64,000 bases of DNA. Origin: Marsupella aquatica. Its lineage: Eukaryota; Plantae; Marchantiophyta. Below are positions 12,227 through 24,256 of the stretch, one piece after another. Position 1 is the first letter of the stretch. Each line of letters starts with the position of its first letter. The translations under genes were made by a program, and so were the position numbers. The stretch is taken from contig OZ316891.1 of the NCBI GenBank assembly GCA_973895155.1, positions 21,504,513 to 21,568,512 on the forward strand. The letters run 5' to 3'. The notes under the pieces are model-generated. The model saw only the letters and a program-made list of their open reading frames with translations, was not told the origin of the DNA and made no database searches.

Positions 12227-12676
12227 CTAGAGCATGTGATCCAAACATGTGTAGACACCAAAGTCACCGGTGGTGGGGTCTGGGAGGGCAGGACAAGTGA
12301 CATCACCAGGCACACTGCAGGATGGCGAGTGGTTCCAAATGATACATTGTGCTCTATGCAAAAATCGGCATCCAAGAGAACGGTCATCCAATTCTGGGCC
12401 AGAAGCCCTACAGGCAGGACAGTCATATTGGCAACTGTGTACACACCCTTGGCACCTAATTTGTGGCGGGTCATGTACAAGAGACACAAATACCAAGGAT
12501 GTCGGGAAGGGTACTGAAGCAAGTAGAGGCCGGCTGTAGTTGTTCCTGGAAACAACAGGGTACTCAAAGTACCATGCAGACTGGGCTGGAAGGATCCCAA
12601 GTCTGACATACTCAAGGCGCAACATCTCTGCCTTGCGTGCAAGTCGCACATGTTCAGCGTTGCGGGTCCTCACCAT
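12227..12676 (-). CDS. Cys/His-rich hypothetical protein (149 aa), possible zinc-binding
   Basis: Uninterrupted ATG-initiated ORF co-oriented with the other CACTA genes. Contains CxxC, CPAC and further C/H residues; no family recognised. Confidence 0.5.
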   Translation of the reverse strand: MVRTRNAEHVRLARKAEMLRLEYVRLGILPAQSAWYFEYPVVSRNNYSRPLLASVPFPTSLVFVSLVHDPPQIRCQGCVHSCQYDCPACRASGPELDDRSLGCRFLHRAQCIIWNHSPSCSVPGDVTCPALPDPTTGDFGVYTCLDHML

Positions 12677-13671
12677 AAGTGTTGCTTTTGTTGTGATGTC
12701 CTCTGTTCACGTCCTTTGATGAGCAAGGTGAGCAGGAGGTCGACTTGCCTCGCCAACAGCAACCACCTAAACTAATCAGTTCCCACTCAACTACAGGTCA
12801 TAGTATACACATAGCATGAAACGTGCATAGTACATATTTGATTCTGAGTTTATGAGTTTCCTAAGACAAAGAGCTTGGTGATAAACCCATATTCTCGATG
12901 GACATGTATATCAATCGTATTAAAATCCTGTTTTTTCATCCAGAAAGACCGAAAGTCTCACCTTGCAGGTTGCAGCAGAGAGAAAATTCACTGGTTGTCG
13001 TGTTGTGCAAGTGAACCTCCACTGATGCCCCCGGTGTAGCCCCTCAGATGCAGGTGACACTTACCAACTCCCAAGTTGCCTGGTCTAACAGAAAATGCTT
13101 ATATCTTCAGAACTTTATAGAGCAAGTACATGATCACATACTTCTGGATCTATTCATATTTGGAACTCTTGCCAACTACAACTCCCATTATGCACAAGCT
13201 CACATCAACAGAGAAAAATACAGAATGCATACTTACTATGGCTCTAAGCACCTTCACTACCTTGTTGAACCCAGTCCTGAAGTCTTTTCAGCGTGTTTGT
13301 TGTGCTGTCTCCTTTGGCACCCAACACCTTAGTCCTTGATGTAACAGAATGCGATTTTACAAGTTAGATGCTTTGGAACCTTCTATGGTCTTAGCTGAAT
13401 TGATGTCATCGTAAGTGGTGAAAGACAAGGAAGACGAAAGCTGGTTGAAGAGCTGTGGACAACACACTAGCATGAAGTGCTTCAACCAATCCACTGCCAA
13501 ACGGAACTCTTACACAGTCACATTCTTTCAGTAAACAGAAACTCAATCAAACTTCATAATCAAAGTACAGACTCTGAAGGACCAAAGGAGGATGTTGTGA
13601 GTTTCTCTGTTGTTTAATGTGTTACCCTTCTAGTTTCGAAGTTAGCAAATGCTGAATAATGTGTCTACCAG

Positions 13672-14011
13672 ATCTTCGAAAAGAAGCCCACCACAATTAA
13701 GAACTTTGGTATCTGGGTGAGGTATCAGAGTTGTACAGGTTATCCCAACATGTACAAGAAATATTGTGATACCACATTAAACAACCACACAGCAGATGTA
13801 TGATGAGATGGCTTCTTGTCATAGAGTTCGGTTCCCTTGCATCCAGATCATCAAGACTACGACAGTCCCTGTCTCTCTGTGCAAGCGAGAAAGTACCAAG
13901 CAGTTCCATGATTCAAAGATCAAGTTCCCCTTGACGTACCGCAAGATTCAACCTCCATCGCGAAAGCTAAAGACGACTTACAAGGCCACCAAGCCCAACA
14001 CATTTGTTTGA
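13672..14011 (+). pseudogene. RPL18A: Captured last exon of 60S ribosomal protein L18a (eL20), frameshifted
   Basis: Translates [32 protein letters not shown] / [54 protein letters not shown]. Frameshift near 13785; preceded by the intron acceptor ctaccag. Confidence 0.92.
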
Positions 14012-15850
14012 GTAGTGCGGGTGTAGGTTCCCAATTTTGAAACAATTTGGCTCATTTTATGTCCCGAGGGACTCCAGGAGTTTATGTATTGAGTTTCTAG
14101 GTCAAGATGCTTAATATAAGGAAATTCAATTATCACCTCGTTCCCAACTTCTATTAATTGAATATACACAAGCTGGAAGCAAGAAGACAAGCCACAATCT
14201 AGCATCTTAGCCAAACACAATCGTCCCGACAAAGCAAAACTCAGCTGGACAGAAGTCACTCGGATCCACAAAAAATTGAAGATTCACCTCCAAGCCGGAG
14301 GCCGATCACTTCAGTACAGCAGCTTCTGGACGGAACAAACTCTGCTCAGCCCCACAAAAACACAAATGTTAAGGCTCCAAGTCAGAGCTCACAAACAGAA
14401 ACTCAGATAAATAACATTCAAAATCTGTCCAGGTTTGTGCAAAGTGTACATATTCATTCTTCTGGAATGAACACGCAATGCATACATCGCCTAGACACAG
14501 TCATTATAAATCATTGGGCAATTGGGGACCACTAAGCAGGTGTGTTCCTATTTCGAGGCTACAAGAAAGGATAGAGTGACACCAAACTGAAGAGTACACC
14601 AAAAGAAAAACAGCAAGAACCAAAGTCAATCATGTGTGGATATTTTGCACATGGGAAGTTCCCCTGAAGAAGCACCAGTTGCTAACATTGTCACCCGAAC
14701 CACACCCAGTTTATTACCTCAATGTCTTCAGCCTCAATATCCAATCCTCAGCCCCCTGGTGCTTCCGTGTTTGTTCTGAAAATTTCTGTGATGAAATAAT
14801 TATTCAATACATTCAATAGCAAAGAGAACTCAATCACAAAAGAAAAATAGTTAGTGTGAATGCTAATTTCTCAACACTTAACTAAATTCAAACCACCAAT
14901 TCAAGTAGTAAGTTTCAAAAACTTGCCTTTACATGAAGAGAAACCAATTGGCCATGCATGTTACTAAAGCAATAAACAAATAATTAGGCTCAACCCCGGG
15001 CTCAACACACAGGCAAACTACTCGAAACATGCTGCTGAGAAGTAACATTTTTTGAATGTCAGACTATGTGTAAGTGCCATGATCGTGCTCCTACGTTTCA
15101 CAAGGAGGGCTGGCCCGAAAGGGAGAAGCAACAATGTGGAGTCTATACACGTAGCACAAATCCCAGTTTAGAAGGGTGGATGAAGTTCAGACAAGAGTTC
15201 AGAACTTGCCATTTGAGATTGCCAATCTGAACTTCACATTCAGACAGGACTTCATCCAGTTCAGGAGTTCAGATAGGAGTTCAGACAATCTGAAGAGGAC
15301 TTTGGACTTGAATGAGGGACAGCGTGGCCATATAGTTATCCTTGTGGCCTTCAGCTGCGTGTCTCAGGCTGAATTTCACTTTCCAGTTTCGAGAGTTCTG
15401 AAGGTCTAGTTTTAGTAACTTCCTCCTGACTCGACTTGGGAGCATTCTCCCTATTTGCTAGCTTGTAGTTAGCTTTGACTCCTGTGAGCTTAGTTGACGA
15501 CCCTCTTGAGATATTAACAATTAGAACAAACACAAGTTGTCAAGACAGATTCCACCGGAGCAAAAAGTCCAAAATCAGGTGAAAGAAAACCTAAGGAAAG
15601 TCCATAAGAACGAAAGTAGGAAGGCAGGTGCACGGGCCACCGAGAAAAGTAAAGGATGCATGTGATTAGTGGGGAGGGATCTTAGCAAAAATAGGGGAAA
15701 GCAAGGGAACTTGCTGCTAAAATCAGCTGAACGATTGCACGGTTCCTATAAATTTAGTGGACCTTAAGGCCGTCTGTTCAGCCCCCCACCCCATTGCCAG
15801 AGCACGGGGCACAAGGCATGTTCTGATACAGGGAGGAGCAAAACAGTCAT

Positions 15851-16900
15851 GTCAAGCAAGAAATGTGGAGAGACCAATCAGTAAGCAAAAATAGGGGAGA
15901 ACATACATACATGATCAGCAGCAGCAGGAAACAAGAAAGATGATTTTGGGTGGCATCTTAGGGTCGGGGACACCACTGCAACACCGGGACTTAGGATATG
16001 AGTTGTTCTTAATCTGCTAGTAGCATCCGGCAGGCCGGCGACCCATGGCAAAAGGGCAGAGCAACAATCCGCTAAAACTACCGAGTCTCACCTTTGCGCT
16101 ACTGACTGTCACCTTTGTCCAAGGTAGCTAGTAATAGCAAGTTGAAGTCCCGCTCCAAGTTGTCGGCTTCCACTCCAAGCTCCCTAAAAGATTGTGGCCT
16201 CAGGTCCAAGTCGTTAGCTCGCACGCGCAACTCCCTAAACCTACACACAGCGGAAGCTTAGCTCACCAACAACTTGCAGAAACAATGACCTCCCCTCTGA
16301 AACTGATAAAAACACCTGAATACAAATAGTGAAGCACGAGGACAGAACAGGGAGAAGCGTTTTGCAGTTTGGGACGACAATGCTAGGAGTGTATACACTT
16401 CGGGCAACAGGGAGGTCCAATAATAGTTTGAATCTGACGGATGAAGCTCTAGGCGAATGAGCTCCAGGAGATTGGGTGCATGATTGAGTAGGCAATTGTA
16501 ACAGCAGGCACCTGGCGATTGAAGGAAGCAGCATTCGGCAATGGACCTAGGCAGCTCGCGAATTTTGCTCAGCAGCGATGTCACCTAGACCCTAAACACG
16601 CAATGCATACATCACCTAGACAACTATACTTGCAGCCACGAGGTGAGTCCGCGATAGGGGATTGAAGGAAGCAGCAAGTCAAGCAAGAAGCGTGGAGAGA
16701 CCAATCAGTAAGCAAAAATAGGGGAGAATAGACATACATCAGCAGCAGCAGGAAACAAGAAAGATGATACTCTGTTCCATCTTAGAGTCGGGGACACTAC
16801 TGCAACACCGGGACTTAGGATATGACTTGTTTTTAAACTGGAGATAGCATCCAGCAGGCCGGCGACCCATGCCAAAAGGGCAGAGCAGCAATCCGCCATG
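15851..16900. repeat. ~220-bp dispersed direct repeat (15851-16072 and 16678-16897)
   Basis: gtcaagcaagaa..ggagagaccaatcagtaagcaaaaatagggg..caacaccgggacttaggatatga..ggcagagca.caatccgc occurs twice with moderate divergence. Confidence 0.9.
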
Positions 16901-19404
16901 TAGCGATAGGCGAGAGCAGCGATTACGACGATGAAAGATGGTCAAAGCTGAAGCAAAACCCCTAAAGATGCAGCTTGGCCATACTCTCTTTCCTCACCTC
17001 ATAGCGCTAGGCATTCAACCTCCCTCTTCAATGAACCTCACAACAGCTTGAAGGTCGATAGATTTTACCTCGTCTCCTGAGCAGAAACGTCTGCATTAGC
17101 TGAACAGAGCCCGGAACAGAGCTATCGCATTTAGCCTCCCGACTCCAAAATTGAACGCAACACAACCTCCAACTCCCAATGGCAGCTCAGTAGGTTGATC
17201 AGCTCGGTCAATGCAGGTCAGTCGACCTCAATAGCCACACTAGAAGCTCACCGCAAGTCACTCAAAGGTCAGACTAGAAGCTCCGCCGCCTTCACACCGT
17301 AGCAAAAAACAATGAGACCAATATCGAGCAAGGCGACCCTGTTTGAATATTTGGCGACCATCAGGCTCCACCCCTCCTTTCTCGCTACCGTTCCCCCATG
17401 TGATGGTTAAGCTTCTGAGGACACAATCAATCGCACAAATGTAGCTTAAAGCAGGACCTCACTAAGCAGACTATCGGTTAGGACCTTATAGACATAGAGA
17501 TAGATAGGTCAATGCAACCTTACTTGGGCCGATGCAGCATGTCTCTTCACAATGTGAAGCAGCGCAGCATTCCTCCACCTAGCTCGCAGTGATCCTCCGC
17601 CTTGCTTGCAGTAACCAGCCTCCGCCTAGCTAGTTTGCACTGTCACGGCTGCAACTTTTTGTGCAATGACTTGGCCCTCCTACCAACTACGAGCTCCCAA
17701 AAGTATGTCGAGCAGATGTACACTCAGGCACCACCTCGTAGAGCTCAACTCCAAGTCGGCAGCTCTCACTTGAAACTCAATAGCAGCTTAGCTCACCAGC
17801 AGGTTGAAAAGCGACAATGGACTCCCCTCAAAACTGATTGGCAGACCTCCACACTGACGCTCGTAGCAGGCCCAATCCTAAACACATTTGCACCCTAAAG
17901 TCCAGTCGCGCTCAAACACTTTCAAACGACCCTGCAGGAAGTTCGCGAAGAGTGCAGCTGGAATGAAGGTCGTCGACTCCCAATTTCCCTCGCAAAACCA
18001 ACCTCTGCGGCACACTGACCCTGAACACTTAGGGCAAGTAGTACCCCCAAAATCTCTCGCAAAACCAACCTCCAAGGTACACTGACCCTGAGGGAAAGTA
18101 GTACCCCTCACATGTGGGCAGCCATCGAGTGACTTAGCAAACAGGTTGGTTTGGACATAAAAGAACCAATGCAAATGACTTAGCAAAAAGTTCAATGTGG
18201 GGAGAGTGCACTTTGGTCAAGAACAAGGCCAAATATAGTCAGGTATGAATCCACATTATAAGTGAAAGTACCCACCATTCTGATGAAAACCCCCATATTT
18301 ATACCCATTATATTTGGACTTATTGAACCATGAGTGTGCAATATGTAGTTGCACCGGGAGTTGCATATTAGGGATTGGCATCCGAAATTGGCTAATGGGG
18401 TATGCATGCTGACGGAATTTTAAAAAATGATGTCCAATTCATATTGCACTATTGTGGAGTAACTAACATAACTTACCTATTTCTTACTTACTAGTGTTAC
18501 AATAGCGACATTGGATAAAGTTGTAAGCATGACTTCCCACAACCTCACCAAAACTTAGTTGGTATGATGTAACTAACATGACACCCACAAACTTGGAGTC
18601 GCATATTTATGAAGGTCTCGCACAAGTCACATAGGGGAGGGTCTCAGAATGGGTGGTTTTCTTCTAGTGCATGCAGCTCTCACCATAGCTTTCCAGCCTC
18701 GTGAGCTACCTTCAATCTCCATAGCTCAGTAGCACGAAGCTGCTCTACCCGGTCACCAGCCAGCTCTCCACTTTCAAGCTTTTGATTTTGCTGCAACTAC
18801 TTCAGGCAGCCACGAGTTTCAGGGTAGCAACATCAATCTCAAGGATCGATCAACAACTAATGTAGTGAGCTCTCTCCATAGCCTATCAATAGCAAGCTCT
18901 AAGCAACAAGTTCTAATTGAATAGAAGCCAATTGTGCAACAATACTCCTTCCATCAGCATTGCTCCATCTTCCATAGCACAATGCTCTCCCTGCAACGGA
19001 GCTCTAATTGAATAACAGCTCTCCTTATGCAGCAACACTACTCCCGACAACTGTAAGCTCTCAGCAACAAGCTTGAAGCAACACCACATTTTTGATTTAT
19101 CAGTAGCAAGCTTCTCTCTCTAGACTCACAACACGAATCTTTTTTAGCCCAATATTTCCTCTCAAACGGCAACACCAATCTTCGCCCTTCATTACGGACC
19201 CGGGCTATAGTAGCAAGCTTTCATAGCAGTAGCAAGTGTCCAATGCGCGTAGACCGAGCTTCAGACCCAAGTTTGTTTAAAACGATGTAGCAGAGTTTGA
19301 GCAACGCAACATGTCTCTCTTTACAAATAACAACAATTATTCTCAACCAACATCGAACTCAATAGCAATAGCGGTTTAACTCAACAGCACAAAATTGAAA
19401 TGCC

Positions 19405-19747
19405 TGTTGAGCATAGACCACACTTGTAACAGTAAGCACATGACACATCCAACGCGCAAGTAGTCGACACAAGAGATACGTGGTTCACCTCCTCGAGGCT
19501 ACGTCCATGGGAATACACAAGAGATCTTTACTGAACTCTAAGCCCGTCGCCTATACCAAGTCTCCATAGTGTAAGCTCTCCTCATTTCTCAAGTGGCTCC
19601 ATAACAATGAGCCTAAGTTCCACTTAACCAAGCAAACACCGCTTGGCATATAGTGTATATCCTAGTTAGTCTAACCACATCTCCGACTATAGTTAGTCTA
19701 ACTACGGTTACATATCGTAACCCTAGACCTTGAGTAAATACCTAACA
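19405..19747 (-). repeat. 3' LTR of copia element
   Basis: TGTTGAG...CTAACA, adjacent to the PPT. Confidence 0.93.
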
Positions 19748-22700
19748 ATCTCCTCCTTGACTGTGGTCTAGGGGAGGGTAATACTGCTAGCCTATATGAT
19801 TCCTCAGTGGGAAGTTGCGGACAAAAACCAACATGGTTTCCCCTCTCTAACTAGAGCAAACCAAAACTAAGCCGTAGCCTATTACTAGGAGTGAAGAAGA
19901 GCATATATCAGTAATTACAGCGAATGTTAAGAAAAAACATTTACTTGTGACGCAATTGCAAAACCTACAGCACGTCATGATGTCTAGAGAAATTTTCCGA
20001 AGGAATCACTTTGTTAAATGCGTCAGCTGGGTTGAGTTTACCGTCTATCTTGACTAGCTCAAACAAATTATCAAACACAGCCTGCCTGATAAAATGATAC
20101 CTGACGTGTATGTGCTTTGCTCTACTATCCATCACCTGGTTCACAGCAAGGTGGAGCGCACTTTGACTATCACAATGAAGCTTCACATTCCCTTATGGCA
20201 ATCCCATTTCAATGATAAATCTATCCAACCAAATTGCTTCCTTCGCTGCTTCCGCTGCTGCAACATACTCTGCTTCTATAGTAGACTGAGCAATACACTT
20301 CTGCATAGTAGACCTCCAACTTATGCATCCACTGCCAAGTGTGAACACGTACCCTGTTATTGATCTCCTTTGGTCTAGATCTTGTCTATGATAGTCAAAA
20401 TCTACATAGCCAATCAATGATCTCGCATTCTTTGCATTTGCATCAAATAAAAGACCATGATCCACGGTATCCTTCAAGTACCTGATAATCCACTTCACTA
20501 CTTCCCAGTGTACCTTCCCTGGATTTGACATGTACCTACTCACCTTGCCCATAGCCATGGCAAGATCAGGTCTAGTGCAAGTCATCAAATACATGAGACT
20601 TCCTACTGCCTTCTCATAAGGAACCTTTGACATCAGCCCCTACTCTGTCGCATCTGTAGGACAAAAAGCTTATGACAGTTTGAAGTGTACAGCCAAAGGG
20701 TACTTACTGGCTTACTATCCCCCATGTTGAACCTAGCAATTACCTTCCTCGCATAACTGCTCTGTGTCAATCATAGCTTACCAGTCTCCAAGTCTCTAGT
20801 GATCTCCATACCCAAAATCCTCTTAGCTGGCCCTAGCTCCTTTATCTTAAACTTTGCACTGAGCAGTACCTTAAGCTTAACAATCTCAGACCTATTCTTG
20901 GCCGCATCAAGCATGTCATCCACATAAAGTACTAAAACAATGAACCCAAAGACAACATTCTTCACCGGTTTCAAATATACACAAGGGTCAAACACACTCC
21001 TGTGAAAACCTTGTGACCGAATCCAATCGTCAAACTGCTTGTTCCACTGTCTTGGTGACTGCTTCAACCCATACAAGGATTTCAGCAATCTACAAACCAG
21101 TTCCTCCTGTCCTCTCTTCACAAAACCTAGCGGTTGTCTCATGAAGATCACCTCTTTCAAGGTGCCATAGAGGAAAGCTATGACAACATCCATCTGATCT
21201 AGAAGCAGATCAAATATTACAACAAGCACACACAATAGCCGTATTGTTGAGTACTTAGCAACTGGTGTAAAGACCTCATTGTAATCCACACCTTTTTCCT
21301 GTGTGAATCCCTTGGCTACCAACCTAGCCTTGTAGACCTTTGATCCACCTCTCGTAGACTGATTCTTCAGCTTCTATATCCACTTACTGTCCACCACTTG
21401 CTGACCCTTAGGCAACTTAACAAGCTCCCAAGTTTTGTTGTCCTTCAGTGACTGCATCTCCATTTGCATTGTTGTAGTCCACTTCTGCTTCTCCTTTGAA
21501 GCACTTACCTCATGAAATGAAGAAGGTTCCCCTTCTTCCAAATTTAACGCATCATCCTCATCATCAGCTGCAAAATTGTCCTCTTGTAGTTGAGATGAAT
21601 CAACCCACTGTCCATACCTAGGAGGAGCGCGTACAATGCGACCATATGTTCTTCTAGCCGATGACTCCGGTTGAATTGCATCTACTAGTACAATTTGAAG
21701 CTCAACAACATCCACTTGCTGCTCACCAGCATTAACAAACTCCTCTTGTTCCTCTGGCACAGGAACTAGCTCCATGCTTGAAGCACATCCTTCTCTCCGA
21801 TCATGCACTTCATGATCAATCTCCCCCTCAATGAGATCTGGGATAGGAGATTTCCCTTTGTCAGTATGAAAGACCTGAATATTCTCCCCCTCCTTCAATA
21901 ATTTGGATTCATTGAAGGAAACATCCCTATTGACAACAAGCTTATAGGCAATAGGATCCCATAGCATGTAGGCCTTCACACCACTCTGATACCCAAGAAA
22001 AATACATTTCTTGGATGTAGGATCCAACTTGGTCCTATTCTGCTTTGGTGTGAGAACATATGCATCACTTCCAAAAACTACCAAGCCATGATAGTCTGCT
22101 TGCCGCTTATAACGCATTTCAAATGACGTTTTGAAATTGATTGCACTAGAAGGAGAAAAATTTACCAAATAAGCTGCAATATTGACAGCTTCTACCCAAA
22201 AATTTTGTGCTAAACCTGATTGGCTCAGCATACTCCGTGACCGCTCCCATAGTGTTTGATTGAGCCTCTCAGTGACACCATTCTGCTGCGGAGTATAAAC
22301 TGTGATGAGCTGGTGAGTTATCCCCTGTTCTGCACAATACTCTTCAAATTCTATTGAAGTATACTCCCCGTCGTTGTCTGACCTCAGACCCTTCACCCTG
22401 GTATCCAAACACTTAATCGTGTTTCCTGTCTGATTCTCCACTTGGGCCTTCTACTTTGTAAAAATGGACAAGACATCGGACTTATGCATCATGAAACAAA
22501 TCCAGACAAATCTCAAGTAATCATCAATGAAGGATACATAGTCCAATTTTCCAAAATGTGAGGGAGTTGGGGATGGTCCTCACACGTCACTATGTATGTA
22601 CTCAAGAACCGCTTTGGAACAATGAGTTCCAACACCAAAAGCACGATGATGCTGCTTTCAAAAAATGCAATGCTCACAAAAATCCAATTTACAAGACTGC

Positions 22701-24256
22701 AAATAAAAAATGAGCCAATTCTTCTATAAGATAGCCAAACCCTTCTCACTCATGTGGCCTAGCCGTGAATGCCACAATTGTCATTTCCTCGTGAGACTTG
22801 GTTACATTGGCCTCTCCGCATACTATATTGCCCTGCAGCACATACAAATTCTTCTATCTGCTCCCCTTTAAAATCACTGTCTCTCCCGACATGACTTGAA
22901 GTTCACCATCAATTAATTGCCATTGATGACCATTTGTATCCAGCACATCGAGTGAAATAAAATTCTTACGCATGCCAAATACAAACCTGACTCCAAACAC
23001 TGTAATGCCATCAACATTTGAATCTTTACAGACCCAATACCCTCAACTCGACAGGAGTGATCATTTCCCATCAAAATTGAACCGTTTGACACAGAATAAT
23101 AATTGAAATACTCATGAATGTAATAAATGTGAAAGGAGAAAACATAATCAAGAATTCACACATCGTTTGCTCTCCTAGATGATGTGCACAGGGCATACTC
23201 CTAGCTTCATAAAACATACTCATCATTGAGTAAATCAACTTCTTCATCAGCACTAGCCACATTGGCTGATGAAGATTCAGTTGCCTTACCCTTACAATCC
23301 GTCTTAACGTGACCAACCTTGTGACACTTCCAGCAGACTACTAGCTTTCTCTCTTGGGACTTCCCCCTTGAAGCAAATCTTGTCCTAGATTTACTTCATC
23401 CCTTGCCATTTGTGCGTTGCTCGGGATGCCGTTGTGACCTCCCATGATTCACATTCAAGGTAGCACCAGACGACGATGCTGTCTAGGCTTGACCCAGTTT
23501 CTTCTGTGCATTATCTGATAGCAAAGAGCTTACCACCTCATCGTATGAAATAGACTTCAGGTCTCTATACAAGAGAACCTGCTTCAAATCCTGATAAGAT
23601 GGGGGTAATGAGCTGAGAAGAACCAAGGCCTTGTCTTCTTCTTCAACGCCCTTATCGAGATTAGACAATCAACAACTAGGATGTCGAATTCATCCAAGTG
23701 ATCCTGAAGCTTGTTCCCTTCTTTGAGCCTAAGGCTCATCAAGAGAGACTTCTTGTACAATCGGTCTGATGCATCCTCCCGATAGTACTTCTCCCTTAAG
23801 ACTTTGAATAGAGATGCATAATCCGCGTAGTCATCCAACTTCTTGATGATACGCGGCTTCAGATAAAGCATCACCGCATTCACTACAATCACTTGTTTTT
23901 GCCTCCACCTTTTTAGTGGAATCTGCTCCTTATTATCGTACATCTCGCACGCAGAGAGAAGATGATCTAGGCCCATAGCACAAAGAACTCCTTTCACTTG
24001 CTTCTCCTAGAGCAAGTAGTCCGTACGCCCATCATACTTTTCCACCTCAAATTTGACACCTCCAAACCTGGATGCCATCTTTTTTTCCTTCACAACCCCC
24101 TCTACTTGCTGCACCGGTGATTGTACCGGTGTCACGTGCGCTTCCTCTTGCTCCTCTCTCTCCTTTTCAAACCGTCGTTGTGATCCTCGTACTTCAAGAT
24201 CCACTTCACTAGTATATTTTTGTAGTTTTTCCGATGCTCCGGTCGCGGCCTAAAAG

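Larger units (their letters stand above)
427..18669 (-). mobile_element. Large CACTA (En/Spm) DNA transposon, putatively autonomous, with accessory genes
   Basis: TIRs CACTAGAAGAA at 427-437 and TTCTTCTAGTG at 18659-18669. Shared subterminal motifs (gagacc/ggtctc, gtgact/agtcac). Internal minus-strand En/Spm transposase and TnpA-like genes. The flanking 3-mers (TGA / CAT) do not match. Confidence 0.85.

Noticed and set aside
13672-14011. Functional RPL18a gene or processed retrogene
   Set aside because: Only the last exon is present, frameshifted, with the intron acceptor retained and no polyA.
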